From Candidatus Babeliales bacterium (GTDB lineage Bacteria; Babelota; Babeliae; Babelales; JANWKD01): DNA of 64,000 nt. Location of the stretch: positions 416,001-480,000 of the forward strand of contig OY969622.1 of the NCBI GenBank assembly GCA_963701665.1, given 5' to 3'. The position numbers were made by a program, and so were the translations under genes. The notes beneath the pieces were generated by a model, which did no database searches, had not been told where the DNA came from, and saw only the letters and a program-made list of their open reading frames with translations. Below, in pieces: positions 38,532-50,706 of the stretch. The number at the start of each line of letters is the position of its first letter. Within the stretch, counting starts at the first letter, position 1.

Positions 38532-40604
38532 ATGAGTTCTAAGTTAGAAAAATATAGAAATATAGGTATCGCCGCTCATATTGATGCAGGCAAAACTACA
38601 GTTACTGAACGTATTTTGTTTTATACCGGTATTACCCATAAAATTGGTGAAGTTCATGAAGGCGAAGCTATTATGGACTGGATGGAGCAAGAGCGTGAGC
38701 GTGGTATTACCATTACTTCCGCTGCAACAACATGTATATGGAAAGACTATAATATCAATATTATTGATACTCCAGGGCACGTTGATTTTACTATTGAAGT
38801 AGGTCGTTCATTGCGTGTTCTTGATGGCATGGTGGGCGTTTTTTGTGGTGTTGCAGGTGTTCAGCCTCAGTCTGAAACAGTATGGCGCCAAGCAAATCGA
38901 TATAGGGTTCCTCGTATTATATTTGTTAATAAATTAGATCGTATTGGCGCGGATTATTTCAGAGTTGTTGATCGATATTAATGAAAAATTACGAGTGAAT
39001 GCAGTTCCTATGCAAATGCCGGTTGGTGAATCTGAAAATTTTTCATGCAATTATTGATTTGTTCACACGTAAAATGGCGACTTTTCGAGGGCGATCAAGG
39101 ATTAACGGTTTCTTGGCAGGAAGTTCCTGCAGAATATAAAGAAAGAGTTGAAGTATTTGAGAAATAAACTGATCGAAAAGTCATGTGATTTTGATGACGC
39201 TCTTGCAGAAAAATTTTTAAATGAAGAAGAGATTTCAATTGAAGAAGTAAAGGCTGCATTGCGCAAGGGAACTATTAAGCGTGAAATCGCACTAGCTTTT
39301 GCTGGAACTGCTTTTAAAAATAAAGGTGTTCAGCTCATGCTTGATGGCGTTGATTGATTATTTGCCATCTCCTTTAGATATTCCTCCGGTTAAAGGTATG
39401 AATCCTGATACGCAAAAAGAAGAAACAACGAAAAGCTGATGATAATGAGCCATTTCAGTGCTCTTGCATTTAAAATTATGACCGATCCTTTTGTTGGTAT
39501 TTTAACGTTTATTCGTGTTTATTCTGGTGATCTTAAAGCAGGTTCATATGTATATAATGTAAGTACAGGCAATAAAGAACGCGTAAGTCGTTTCGTTAAA
39601 ATGCATGCAAATAAGCGAGAAGAAATTGAATCAGTTGGAGCAGGTGATATTGCTGCTGTTGTTGGTATTAAGAGATGTAATAACAGGTGATACTTTGTGC
39701 TGAAGAAGACAATCCAATATTACTTGAAACAATTGATGTTCCACCTCCAGTTATTTCTACTTCAGTTGAGCCAAAAAATAAAGCTGATTATGAAAAGATG
39801 GTTCTTGCTTTGCGAAAGATGATGCAAGAAGATCCATCATTTAATTTTCTTATAATCAAGAAACTGGCCAGACGTTATTACAGGTATGGGTGAGTTGCAT
39901 CTTGAAATTATTGTTGATCGTTTAAAACGTGAACATAAAGTTGAAGTTGTTCAAGGTAAATTCCAAGTTGCTTATAAAGAAACAATTCAAAAGCCTGTTG
40001 ATGCTGAAGGTAAATACATCAAACAATCTGGTGGTAAAGGTCAATATGGTCACGTTTGGATTAATCTTGAGCCACTTGAGCGTGGTAAAGGTTATAATTT
40101 TGAAGATAAAGTTGTTGGTGGAACAATTCCAAGAGAATTTATTCCTGGTGTTGAAAAAGGGTTGCTTGAAGCACTCAACTACTGGTGTTCTGGGTGGATA
40201 TCCTGTTGTTGATGTTAAAGTTGCACTTACTGATGGTTCATATCATGATGTTGACTCTTCTGAATTGGCATTTAAAATTGCTGCTTCGATGGCGTTTAAA
40301 AGTGGTATGACAAAAGCTTCTCCGGTACTTCTTGAACCTATTATGAAGGTTGAAGTTGAAACACCAGAAGAATACATGGGTGATGTGATGGGTGATTTAA
40401 ATTCTCGTCGAGGAAGAATTTTAGGCATGGAAGCAAGGCAGGTGGATCACAGCTAATTACTGCTGAAGTTCCACTTGGAGAAATGTTTGGATATGCAACA
40501 AGTTGCGTTCCATGACCAAAGGTCGTGCGAGTTATTCAATGGAATTTGAATGTTATCGAGAAGTGCCAAAGAATGTACAAGAAAAAATTCTCGAAAAGAA
40601 ATAG
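38532..40604 (+). CDS. fusA: elongation factor G (several frameshifts, probably sequencing errors)
   Basis: [42 protein letters not shown] found across successive frames. Confidence 0.93.
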
Positions 40605-40645
40605 TATTGTTTAATAATTAGAGATGTCTGTTAGGAGAATTTACA

Positions 40646-41837
40646 ATGGCAAAAGATATATTTGAACGAAAAAAGCCTCATGTAAACATTGGAACTATTG
40701 GTCACGTTGACCATGGTAAAACAACATTAACTGCTGCAATTACCACAGTGCAAGCAAAAAAAGGACTGCGCAACTCTAAAGCTTTGATCAAATCGATAAT
40801 GCTCCAGAAGAAAAAGCACGTGGTATTACTATTGCAACATCACACGTTGAATATGAAACAGCAAAGCGTCACTATGCGCACGTTGACTGTCCTGGTCACG
40901 CTGACTATGTAAAAAACATGATCACTGGTGCTGCTCAAATGGATGGTGCAATTTTGGTAGTATCAGCAGCTGATGGTGCGATGCCTCAAACTCGTGAACA
41001 TATTTTGCTTGCAAAAAACGTTGGTGTTCCTGCACTTGTTGTTTCTTGAATAAAGTTGACATGGTTGATGATCCTGAAATGATCGACATGGTTGAAGAAG
41101 AAATTCGAGATCTTTTGAAAAAATATGATTTCCCTGGCGATAAAATTCCTGTTATTCGTGGATCAGCATTAAAAGCATTGAGAGGTGATAAAGAGTGAAC
41201 TTGGTGTTCAAGCTATTGAAAAATTGATGGATGCAGTTGATACTTATATTCCTGAACCAAATCGTGAAATTGATAAACCATTCTTAATGCCAGTTGAAGG
41301 TGTATTCTCAATTTCAGGTCGTGGTACTGTTGCAACAGGTAGAATTGAACGAGGAAAAGTTAAAGTTGGTGAAGAAGTTGAAATTGTTGGTTTTGGTAGC
41401 ACAGTAAAAACAACCGTAACTGGTGTTGAAATGTTCAGAAAAGAACTTAAAGAAGGTCAAGCTGGTGATAACGTTGGATTACTTCTTCGTGGTGTTAAAA
41501 AAGAAGATATTGAACGTGGTATGGTTATTGCAAAACCAGGTTCAGTTAACCCTCATAAAAAATTCAAATGTAAAGTATATATTCTTAACTAAAGATGAAG
41601 GTGGTCGTCATAGCCCATTCTTTAATGGATATCGTCCGCAATTTTATTTCAGAACAACAGACGTTACTGGTATTGTGACATTGCCAGCAGGCCGTGAAAT
41701 GGTTATGCCTGGTGATAACGTTGAATTGACAGTTGAATTGATTTCACCAATTGCAATGGAAAAAGATCTTACGTTTTGCAATTCGTGAAGGTGGCAGAAC
41801 AGTTGGATCTGGTGTTGTAACTGAAATTTTAAAGTAA
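40646..41837 (+). CDS. tuf: elongation factor Tu (frameshifted, probably sequencing errors)
   Basis: [33 protein letters not shown] across frames. Confidence 0.95.
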
Positions 41838-41850
41838 GTTGGGTTATTGA

Positions 41851-42156
41851 ATGAAAAAACAAAAAATTCGTTTAACATTAAAATCATACGATCATCAATT
41901 ATTCGATAAAGCGGTAAAGCAAATTGTTTTGACAGCTAAAAGAACAGGATCTCAAATTATGGGTCCTGTTCCTCTTCCTAATAAAAAGCGTTGTTTTACC
42001 GTGTTGCGTTCACCGCATGTTGATAAAAAATCACGAGAGCAATTTGAATTAACAACGCATAGACGTATTTTAGATATTGTTTCTCCATCTGATCAAACAA
42101 TGGATGCTCTTATGAAGTTAAATATATCATCTGGTGTTGATGTTGAAATTAGATAA
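41851..42156 (+). CDS. rpsJ: 30S ribosomal protein S10
   Basis: [20 protein letters not shown]. Confidence 0.98.
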   Translation: MKKQKIRLTLKSYDHQLFDKAVKQIVLTAKRTGSQIMGPVPLPNKKRCFTVLRSPHVDKKSREQFELTTHRRILDIVSPSDQTMDALMKLNISSGVDVEIR

Positions 42157-42174
42157 GATTAGAAAGGTCATTCA

Positions 42175-42800
42175 ATGGTCAAAAAGTATTGTGGGTAAAA
42201 AAATAGGAATGACCCAGATTTTCTCTGATAAAGATAAAGTAGTTCCGGTTACTGCTATCGATGTAGCTAATTGGATTGTTACCGATATCAAAACTACAAG
42301 AACGTGATGGTTATAATGCTGTTCAGGTTGGATCATTAAGAAAAAAGTATATCGACAAACATTTTTCTAATAGTTGGCTAAAAAAGCCAGAAAAAATATT
42401 TTACGGTAATGAGTGAAGTTGATACCTGATGCACCTGAAAGATCTTGCAGTTGGGCAACAGGTTGATTTTTCAAACGTTTTTGCCAGTTGGCGATATGTC
42501 GATGTAATTGGGACAACAAAGGACGTCGGTTTTCAAGGTGTGGTAAAGCGACAGGTTTTACTGGGGGTCGAGCAAGTCACGGTCCGCGTTTTGGTAAGAA
42601 TCCCTGGCTCTATAGGTTTTATGAGATCTCAGGGGCGTGTTATTAAAGGAAAAAATTACCTGGTCACTATGGGTAATGTTCAACGAGTTATGAAGAAACT
42701 TGAAATTATTAAAATTGAACCCGAAGCAAAAGTTGTTTTTGTTAAAGGATCGGTTCCTGGCAGTTCAGGTTCATTGGTATTTATGCAAAAGTATAGGTAA
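42175..42800 (+). CDS. rplC: 50S ribosomal protein L3 (frameshifted)
   Basis: GKKIGMTQ, DGYNAVQ, GFQGVVKR, VKGSVPG across frames. Confidence 0.88.
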
Positions 42801-42803
42801 ACA

Positions 42804-43465
42804 ATGTCTGCTCAGAAAAAAAATGACAGTCTCCAGTCAATGACCGTGGAGCTAAAACAAGCGTAACGCTTGAGACATTGGGAATCGATGTCGAAAAAAA
42901 TATAGCTGAACTCAGTAGGATTTTCTATATGGGTTCGTGCATTACTACAAAATTGGCGACAAGGAACTGTTGGTGTAAAAGGGCGATCCGAAGTTAGTTT
43001 CTCAAATAAGAAACCTTGGAAGCAAAAAGGTACTGGTAGAGCGCGTGCAGGATCTGCTCGTTCACCATTATGGCGTGGTGGTGGCGTAATCTTTGGACCT
43101 CGAGCCAAGAACACGTACGCTGAAAATTTCTAAGAAATTGAAAAAAGGTATTATGAATACGCTGTTTTGGCAGCACTTAGAAGCCGATAAGATTCATCTT
43201 ATCGATTGGACAAATTACGGCGTCAAAACCTTCTAACAACGCAAGCGTATCAGCTTTTAAAAAACAACGGCATGTTAGATAAAAAAGTTTCTATCTTTGT
43301 CCCGATTAATGATATGTTGACCTATGCATCTTTTATCAACATTCCAAATGTACAAGTTTTATTTTTTGATGAAGCTAATGCATATGATTTGTTGCTGGAA
43401 ATCATTGGGTTGTGTTTCAAAAAGATTTGGACTCTTTTAAAGAAATGGTTTCGAAATGGGATTAA
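42804..43465 (+). CDS. rplD: 50S ribosomal protein L4 (frameshifted; end approximate)
   Basis: [28 protein letters not shown]. Confidence 0.88.
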
Positions 43466-43816
43466 AATTAACTGACTATGATATTATTCGTGGTCCTATA
43501 ATCACTGAAAAAGCATCTAAATTGCTGAATAGCTTAAAAAAATTACATTTTTAGTTCATCCAGAAGCGAACAAGCCGATGATTGCGAAGCTCTTGAGAAA
43601 CTTTTTAACGTAAAAGTTAAGAATGTGAGAACGAGTGTGCGTAAAGGAAAAGTACGTAGATTCAAAAGACTTGAAACGCGCGGAATCTTAACAAAACGCG
43701 CAATTGTCACATTGAAAGATTCTCAATCTTTTGATACACTTACTCAACAGGGTGTTGGGGGTGTAATGGCTGAACAAAGCTCGTCATTTGGCACGCACGA
43801 ACAAACAAAAGAATGA
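43456..43816 (+). CDS. rplW: 50S ribosomal protein L23 (frameshifted)
   Basis: YDIIRGPIITEKA, ANK, KRAIVTLK. Confidence 0.85.
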
Positions 43817-43838
43817 TGTATACTAAAGGTAAACTATA

Positions 43839-44654
43839 ATGCCAATTATTAGAAGAAAGCCTCGAAGTGCGTCTCTCAGGTTTCAAACGTTCGTTGATAC
43901 AAGTGAATTGACGAAAAAAGAGCCGGAAAAAGCTCTGGTATCTGGGCTAAGAAAAAGAGGCGGTAGAAACGCGTACGGCCGAATAACCACTCGCCACAGA
44001 GGTGGGGGCGCGGCTCGTAAATACCGTGAAATTGATTTCAAGCGTACGGATCGAAACATTCCTGGAAGGGTTGTTGCCGTTGAATACGATCCAAACGTAA
44101 GTGTTCATATTGCGCTCGTTATCTTTCAAAATGGTCAAAAAAATATGTTTTAATGCCAGATGGCTTCAAATCGGCGCTCAGATTTATGCGGGCGAAGATG
44201 CTGAAGCAAAGATTGGCAACTCTATGCCGATTCGCAATATTCCCGTTGGTTTTACTATTCACAACGTGGAAATTGTTCCTAAATCGGGTGGAAAATTTGC
44301 GCGAAGTGCAGGAACATCAATTCAGTTAGTTGCAAAAGGGGATGATTATGCAACACTGAAGATGCCTTCTGGAGAAATTCGCCTTGTTGGATTAGATTGT
44401 TGGGCGACCATTGGTTCGCTTAGGCAATGCTGATCATAAAAATATTGTTATTGGGTAAAGCGGGTCGCAAAAGGCACATGGGCATTAGACCTTCTGTGCG
44501 TGGTATGGCAATGAACCCTGTAGATCACCCACATGGTGGTGGTGAAGGTCGTTCTAAATCAGGTTCTCATCCACGAAGCCCATGGGGTAAGGGTGCTAAA
44601 GGAACAAGAACGCGTAAACGTAAAAATCCTTTAATTCTTAAAAGACGTAGATAA
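43839..44654 (+). CDS. rplB: 50S ribosomal protein L2 (frameshifted)
   Basis: [30 protein letters not shown]. Confidence 0.93.
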
Positions 44655-44673
44655 TACCCTGAAGGATAAATAC

Positions 44674-44967
44674 ATGGCAAGATCAACTAAAAAAGGTCCT
44701 TTTGTAGCCGATTCACTCTTAGAAAAAGTTAATCGCCTTAAGACCAGTGGAAAAAGAGAAGCGATTAAAACATGGTCTCGAGGAAGCATGATTATTCCTG
44801 AATTCGTCGGACTAACTATTGCAGTACACAATGGGAAAAAATTTATTTCTGTGTTTATTACTGAAAATATGGTTGGTCATTATCTAGGTGAATTTGCGCC
44901 GACAAGAACGTTCAGATTGCATAGTGGTCAGCGAAAATCTGGGACAACTCCAGCGACACCATCATAA
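44674..44967 (+). CDS. rpsS: 30S ribosomal protein S19
   Basis: [19 protein letters not shown]. Confidence 0.97.
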   Translation: MARSTKKGPFVADSLLEKVNRLKTSGKREAIKTWSRGSMIIPEFVGLTIAVHNGKKFISVFITENMVGHYLGEFAPTRTFRLHSGQRKSGTTPATPS

Positions 44968-44994
44968 TTTCTCGCGTGAATAAGGAACATTAAA

Positions 44995-45342
44995 ATGCAA
45001 TTTATCGCAAAAGCAAAATTCATTCAGTACTCGCCGTATAAACTTCGGCCAATTGTTGATGTTATACGAGGGAAAAGTGCGCGCTATGCCTTAGATTGGT
45101 TGGCAACATATCCAACGCAGCGCGTGAAGCCGCTTGAAAAGGTTGTTAAATCAGCTGTGGCAAATGCAAAAAGTATTAGTAATATTGATCCTATGAATCT
45201 CATTATTAAAGATATTCGCGTAGATCAAGGGCCAATATTTAGGTATTTCAAGCCTGGCGCAATGGGAAGACCGACCGTTTTAAGAAAACGATTTAGTCAT
45301 ATTACATGTGTTGTTTTAGAAAATAATCCTAGAGAGGCTTAG
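44995..45342 (+). CDS. rplV: 50S ribosomal protein L22
   Basis: SPYKLR, SAVANA, VDQGP. Confidence 0.96.
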   Translation: MQFIAKAKFIQYSPYKLRPIVDVIRGKSARYALDWLATYPTQRVKPLEKVVKSAVANAKSISNIDPMNLIIKDIRVDQGPIFRYFKPGAMGRPTVLRKRFSHITCVVLENNPREA

Positions 45343-45343
45343 T

Positions 45344-45977
45344 GTGGGACAAAAAGTTAATCCTATTGGATTTCGCTTAGGTGTTTATCGTGATTGGGAT
45401 GCGCGATGGTTCGCACGTAAATCATATGGTGAACAAATACTTGAAGATTTGAAAATACGGAAGTACATTGAATCTTTTTTTGATGCAACTGAAATCGCTC
45501 GTATTGAAATTGAAAAAGCTGGTGACAATCTTCGCGTTGTACTTCATTCACCGCACCCGGGCAAGATAATTGGTAAAAAAGGCCAAGAAATTGATGCTTT
45601 ACGAAAAGAATTGGCAAAATTAACCAAACGTAGCAATGTTGATGTTTCGGTTCAAGAAGTTAAAACCCCTGAATTAGATGCAACCTTAGTGGCAAAAAAT
45701 ATTGCTGTTCAACTTGAGAAGCGTGCCAGCTTTAAGAAAGCTATGAAAAGGGCCGCCGCAGCGAGTATTCGTGCTGGCGCTAAGGGTGTAAAGATTTGTT
45801 GTTCAGGCCGTTTAGGATGGAGCAGAAATTGCTCGTGCTGAATGGACGCGTGTCGGTTCTGTTCCACTTCACACGTTACGATCTGATATTGATTATGGCT
45901 TTGCTGAAGCAAAAACAACATACGGGATTATTGGTGTAAAGGTATGGATTTGTAAAGGCGAATTCCGCTTAGTTTGA
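45344..45977 (+). CDS. rpsC: 30S ribosomal protein S3 (one frameshift near 45817)
   Basis: [32 protein letters not shown] in shifted frame. Confidence 0.93.
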
Positions 45978-46003
45978 AACTCTTTGATTGGAAGAAATAA
46001 ATC

Positions 46004-46431
46004 ATGTTAATGCCTAAAAAAACAAAATATCGAAAAGTTCAAAGAGGAACGATGAAGGGCTTGTCCAAAGGCGCACAAAACTCTTGCGTTTGGTGAATAT
46101 GGATTGCAAGCGCTTGAGCCTGCGTGGATGACTGCACAACAAATTGAAGCTATTCGTGTTACGATGTCGCGAAAGCTAAAAAAAGTTGGAAAATTATTTT
46201 AAGAGTTTCCCCGATAAACCAGTTACCAAAAAACCTGCTGAAACACGTATGGGTAAAGGTAAAGGTAATCCAGAGTTATGGGTTGCGGTTGTAAAGCGTA
46301 ATCGTATTATTTGTGAAATTGAAGGATTGCCAGAGCAAGAAGCGAAAGCTATTTTGCGTTCGGCTGCTTACAAACTACCTATGAAAACAAGATTTGTAAG
46401 AAAATTAGAAGAAACAACAGCACATGAATAA
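46004..46431 (+). CDS. rplP: 50S ribosomal protein L16 (frameshifted)
   Basis: [31 protein letters not shown]. Confidence 0.93.
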
Positions 46432-46633
46432 AGAAAAAGTTGAAATAAAAGAATTATCAGTTGAGCAACTTAAAGATAAACTTGAATCTTTCCGACGTGA
46501 ATTGTTTAATTTAACGTTAAACTCTTCTACGGCGCATGTTAAGGATTATTCTCAATTTTCAAAATTAAGAAAAAATATTGCTCGTGCGCAAACATATTTG
46601 CGTCAAAAAATGCATGCTCAAGATGTCTCATAA
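46424..46633 (+). CDS. rpmC: 50S ribosomal protein L29
   Basis: [14 protein letters not shown]; operon position. Confidence 0.93.
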   Translation: MNKEKVEIKELSVEQLKDKLESFRRELFNLTLNSSTAHVKDYSQFSKLRKNIARAQTYLRQKMHAQDVS

Positions 46634-46647
46634 TTTAAAGGTAATCG

Positions 46648-46923
46648 ATGGCTACTAAAGCAGAATTAAAAAAATCAAAAAAAATAATGATCGGAGAAGT
46701 TATTTCCGACAAGATGGATAAAACAGTTGTGGTAGTAACGGAAAGAACGTTCCAAGAACCTCGATTACATAAAGTTATGCGAACTTCAAAGAAATATAAA
46801 GTTCATGACGAAGAAGGCCGTGCTAAAGAGGGTGATATCGTAGAGTTCTATGAAGGACGTCCTCGATCTAAAGATAAATACATGTATTTATCGCGAATTA
46901 TTAAGTCAAAGTCTAAAGAGTAA
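46648..46923 (+). CDS. rpsQ: 30S ribosomal protein S17
   Basis: SDKMDKTVVV, KKYKVHDE. Confidence 0.96.
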   Translation: MATKAELKKSKKIMIGEVISDKMDKTVVVVTERTFQEPRLHKVMRTSKKYKVHDEEGRAKEGDIVEFYEGRPRSKDKYMYLSRIIKSKSKE

Positions 46924-46934
46924 GGTACAGGATT

Positions 46935-47303
46935 ATGGTTCAAAAACAATCATATTTAGTCGTTGCAGATAATTCTGGTGCCAAAGAGCTCATGGTAATT
47001 CATATTGTTGGTAGCACAAAGAAACGATACGCCTATTTAGGTGATTTAGTAGTTTGTTCTGTAAAAGAAGCAATACCGGGCGGTATGGTTAAGAAAAAGC
47101 AAATAGTACTTGTTCGTATTGTTCGAACTCGCAAGGAATTCCGTCGTGACGATGGTACGTACGTTCGTTTTGATGATAACGCGGGCGTTATCGTTAAAAA
47201 AGAAGACGGTGAACCAATGGGTACTCGTTTATTTGGCCCAGTGGCAAGGGAATTATTAACGTTTAATAAAAAATTTGGCTCTCTTGCCCAAGAAGTTGTT
47301 TAA
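46935..47303 (+). CDS. rplN: 50S ribosomal protein L14
   Basis: VADNSGAK, FDDNA, GTRLFGPVAREL. Confidence 0.97.
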   Translation: MVQKQSYLVVADNSGAKELMVIHIVGSTKKRYAYLGDLVVCSVKEAIPGGMVKKKQIVLVRIVRTRKEFRRDDGTYVRFDDNAGVIVKKEDGEPMGTRLFGPVARELLTFNKKFGSLAQEVV

Positions 47304-47317
47304 GGAAACATCATATT

Positions 47318-47626
47318 ATGATGACTGTAAGAAAAGATGATTTGGTAGCCGTTATTTCAGGCAAAGATAAGAATAAACAGGGAAGAGTCATTGATATTTT
47401 ACCCAAAAAAGGTAAAGTAATGATTCAGGGTCTTGGTTTAGTGAAGCGGCATAGTAAAGCACGCAAACAGGGCGAAGTTTCTGCAATTAAAGAAAAAGAA
47501 TGCTTTATTGATGCTGCAAAGGTCATGCCTGTATGTAAATCATGCAAAAAACCATCACGTGTTAATTTTGTTACCACGGCTGATAATAAGAACCGTGTGT
47601 GTAATCGTTGTAAAGAGATTTTTTGA
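47318..47626 (+). CDS. rplX: 50S ribosomal protein L24
   Basis: VISGKDK KOW motif. Confidence 0.95.
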   Translation: MMTVRKDDLVAVISGKDKNKQGRVIDILPKKGKVMIQGLGLVKRHSKARKQGEVSAIKEKECFIDAAKVMPVCKSCKKPSRVNFVTTADNKNRVCNRCKEIF

Positions 47627-47644
47627 CTCGTTTAAGGATATTTA

Positions 47645-48199
47645 ATGCCAAAGTCTCGTTTAAAAGAATTATATGATAAAAGTATACGCGCTAGTTTGAA
47701 AGAAAAACTAGGCCTTGCAAATATTATGCAAGTGCCTTCAATCTCTAAGATTGTTTTAAACGTAGGTGTAAAAGAAGCGGTAAATGATAGTAAAGTTTTA
47801 AAAACTGTCGTTGATACAATTGGACGCATTGCAGGTCAGGCTCCAGTGAAAACAAAGGCAAAAAAATCAATTGCTGGTTTTAAAATTCGTGAAGGTATGC
47901 CTATTGGTGTTATGGTAACGCTTAGGCAAGAAAATATGTATAATTTTCTTGATAAGCTTATTAATCTTGCGTTACCCAACGTTCGAGATTTTCAAGGATT
48001 GCCCCTTAAGTTTGATGGAAAAGGTAATTACAACATCGGCTTAAAAGAATGGACAATTTTTCCTGAAGCAGAAAAAGGTGTTAATGAAGCTATTTACGGG
48101 CTTAATGTTTCGATTCATACGACAGCGCGTAAAGATGAACATGCACTTGAGTTGCTAAGAGGATTTAATATGCCGTTTAAAAAAATAAAAAATAGTTAA
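47645..48199 (+). CDS. rplE: 50S ribosomal protein L5
   Basis: [18 protein letters not shown]. Confidence 0.97.
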   Translation: MPKSRLKELYDKSIRASLKEKLGLANIMQVPSISKIVLNVGVKEAVNDSKVLKTVVDTIGRIAGQAPVKTKAKKSIAGFKIREGMPIGVMVTLRQENMYNFLDKLINLALPNVRDFQGLPLKFDGKGNYNIGLKEWTIFPEAEKGVNEAIYGLNVSIHTTARKDEHALELLRGFNMPFKKIKNS

Positions 48200-48207
48200 G
48201 GGAAGCA

Positions 48208-48393
48208 ATGGCAAGAAAAGCGCTGATTGAAAAGGCGAATAAGACGCCTAAATTCTGGGTAAGACATAGAAATAGATGCAAATTATGTGGTCGCCCTAGA
48301 GGGTACATTCGATTATTTATGATGTGTCGTCTTTGTTTTAGAAAATTCGCTCTCAAAGGGTTGCTTCCTGGTGTTAAGAAAACTAGTTGGTAA
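48208..48393 (+). CDS. rpsZ: 30S ribosomal protein S14 (Zn-binding type Z)
   Basis: [15 protein letters not shown]. Confidence 0.95.
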   Translation: MARKALIEKANKTPKFWVRHRNRCKLCGRPRGYIRLFMMCRLCFRKFALKGLLPGVKKTSW

Positions 48394-48411
48394 ATGAGAT
48401 AAAGGACTAAT

Positions 48412-48807
48412 ATGTCAATTGATGCTATCGGAGATTTTTTAACAATCATCAGAAATGGACTGATGGCGTCTAAACGCACAGTTGTTGCTCCGTATTCAAA
48501 AATAAAATTTGAAATCGTAAAAATTTTGAAAAATGAAGGTTTCATCAAAGACTTTGAACTTGTTGAAAGTCAATCTCCTAAAAAAGAAATTAAAATTTTC
48601 TTAAAATATGTTGATGGCGAATCGGTTATTCATGAATTGGTACGTGAAAGCAAGCCGAGCAGACGTATTTATGGAAAATCATCGCAATTGAAATTTGTTA
48701 TCGGAAAGCTAGGAATTTCAATCGTAACAACTAATAAAGGCATAATGACAAACAAAGAAGCCAAACAATTAGCAGTTGGTGGCGAAGTTATTTGCTCAGT
48801 TTGGTAA
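48412..48807 (+). CDS. rpsH: 30S ribosomal protein S8
   Basis: DFLTIIRN, VGGEVIC. Confidence 0.97.
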   Translation: MSIDAIGDFLTIIRNGLMASKRTVVAPYSKIKFEIVKILKNEGFIKDFELVESQSPKKEIKIFLKYVDGESVIHELVRESKPSRRIYGKSSQLKFVIGKLGISIVTTNKGIMTNKEAKQLAVGGEVICSVW

Positions 48808-48816
48808 GGATTGCAT

Positions 48817-49359
48817 ATGTCAAAGATTGGAAGAAGACCAATTAATACTAAAGATGTCCAAATTGATATTAAAGGACACGAGATACATTTCAAGGGAAAA
48901 AAAGCCTCTGGTGTATATGTTTTACCTCTTGAATTGAACGTATCAAAAACAGATGACAGTTTGGCTTTAACAAGTGATACTCGTTCATCAGATATGAATC
49001 GCATTTGGGGTTTACATCGTGCCTTATTAGCAAATAGTATTCTTGGCGCCCAACAAGGGTTTGATGAAAAAGTTATTATTAATGGTTTGGGTTTTAAAGC
49101 TACGCTCTCTGGCAATAAGTTGGTTTTCTCTTTGGGGTATAGTCACAAAATTGATCTAGAATTACCAAAAGGAATCACTGTTGAGATTGATAAAACCGGT
49201 CAAATCGTTACCGTTAAAGGTTCTGATAAAATGTTAGTTGGCCAGGTTTGTAGTTATATCAGAGCGTTGCGACCTCCAGAGCCGTATAAAGGAACTGGTA
49301 TTAGACTTGAAGACGAAGTGATTCTTCGCAAAGCTGGTAAAACTAAAGCTGCTGCCTAA
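48817..49359 (+). CDS. rplF: 50S ribosomal protein L6
   Basis: MSKIGRRPI, LGYSH, PEPYKGTGI. Confidence 0.97.
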   Translation: MSKIGRRPINTKDVQIDIKGHEIHFKGKKASGVYVLPLELNVSKTDDSLALTSDTRSSDMNRIWGLHRALLANSILGAQQGFDEKVIINGLGFKATLSGNKLVFSLGYSHKIDLELPKGITVEIDKTGQIVTVKGSDKMLVGQVCSYIRALRPPEPYKGTGIRLEDEVILRKAGKTKAAA

Positions 49360-49375
49360 ATAGGGGAAATTAGCC

Positions 49376-49729
49376 GTGTCATTACAAAGAAAAATTAAAC
49401 AAAGAACATTACGAAGACAGCGCCGCGTCCGTGCTCGTTTAAATACACTGCACTTGCCTCGCATTTCAGTGTTTCGTAGTCTCAATAACATATATGCGCA
49501 ACTTATTGATGATGCAAATAATGCAACGTTAGTCAGTTGCTCAACAGTTGAGCTAAAAGAGCTTTCAGGTGATAAAAAAACGAAGGCTAAAGCCGTTGGT
49601 CTTGAGTTCGCAAAGCGAGCTTTAGAAAAAGGTATTAAAGCAGCTGTTTTTGATCGGGGAAGCTATCTATTTCATGGCAGAGTAAAAAATTTTGCTGAGG
49701 GATTGAGAGACGGCGGTTTGCAAGTCTAA
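49376..49729 (+). CDS. rplR: 50S ribosomal protein L18
   Basis: PRISVFRS, FDRGSYLFHGRV. Confidence 0.97.
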   Translation: MSLQRKIKQRTLRRQRRVRARLNTLHLPRISVFRSLNNIYAQLIDDANNATLVSCSTVELKELSGDKKTKAKAVGLEFAKRALEKGIKAAVFDRGSYLFHGRVKNFAEGLRDGGLQV

Positions 49730-49752
49730 TTCTAACATAGGAACTAATAATC

Positions 49753-50271
49753 ATGGCAGAAGGTCATAAAGAAAAAGAATTTATGGATGCTGTAGTAAGT
49801 GTCAGAAGGGTTACCAAAGTAACAAAAGGTGGTAAAAGATTTTCTTTCTCCGTTTTTGTTATATCTGGGGATCAAAAGGGCAATATCGGATTAGCATTAG
49901 GAAAAAGCAAAGAAGTTTCTTCAGCGATTGCTAAAGCGACAGTAAAAGCACGCAAAAGTATGATTGCGGTACCATTGCGTAACACAACAATTCCTTACAA
50001 CGTTGTAGGAAGACATGGTGCAAGCAAAGTAATAATCCGATCAGCATATCAAGGAACGGGTGTGATTGCGGGTGGCCCTGTTCGTTCTGTTATGGAAGCA
50101 TTAGGGATTAAAGATGTTCTTGCAAAATCACTTGGCTCTTCAAATCAATTAAATGTGGTAAAAGCGACACTCAATGCTTTAGCAAAATTAAGAACTATTC
50201 AAGATATTGCAAGGTTTAGAGGGAAAACAATCGAACAAGTTATAAAGGGAAGCCATGTTTCAGCTCAATAA
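49753..50271 (+). CDS. rpsE: 30S ribosomal protein S5
   Basis: RVTKVTKGGKRFSF, GTGVIAGG. Confidence 0.97.
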   Translation: MAEGHKEKEFMDAVVSVRRVTKVTKGGKRFSFSVFVISGDQKGNIGLALGKSKEVSSAIAKATVKARKSMIAVPLRNTTIPYNVVGRHGASKVIIRSAYQGTGVIAGGPVRSVMEALGIKDVLAKSLGSSNQLNVVKATLNALAKLRTIQDIARFRGKTIEQVIKGSHVSAQ

Positions 50272-50704
50272 CTTAACATCACTGGTAAAAAAACGTAAAC
50301 GAATTGGACGTGGTGGAAGTAGAGGCGGCACATGTGGTCGCGGTCATAAAGGTCAAAAAGCTCGTAGCGGGCATTCAAAAGTGCGCGTTGGCTTTGAAGG
50401 CGGACAAATAACATTGATTCGACGCTTGCCTAAACGCGGTTTTAATAATAAAGAATTTAGCTCTCCCTTTGTCATCAAGAACTTAGCTGAATTAGAAAAT
50501 GCTTTCCAAGCGGGAAGTGTAATCTCAAAAGATTCTTTGTTTGAGAGTGGCATGCTCAAAGGACCGAAAAATGTTTCTATAAAAATATTAGGAACTGGTT
50601 CTCTAACAAAAAAATTCATTGTACACGCGCATGCTTTTAGTAAAAGTGCTGCTGAACAGATTAAACGATGCGGTGGGGAAGTACACATAATTAAGGAGAG
50701 CTAA
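50255..50704 (+). CDS. rplO: 50S ribosomal protein L15
   Basis: GRGHKGQKARSG, GFEGGQ, RRLPKRGF. Confidence 0.97.
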   Translation: MFQLNNLTSLVKKRKRIGRGGSRGGTCGRGHKGQKARSGHSKVRVGFEGGQITLIRRLPKRGFNNKEFSSPFVIKNLAELENAFQAGSVISKDSLFESGMLKGPKNVSIKILGTGSLTKKFIVHAHAFSKSAAEQIKRCGGEVHIIKES

Positions 50705-50706
50705 GA

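Noticed and set aside
38532..46431. Programmed frameshifting or true pseudogenisation of translation genes
   Set aside because: There are too many indels in essential genes and no shared slippery motif; sequencing error is more parsimonious.
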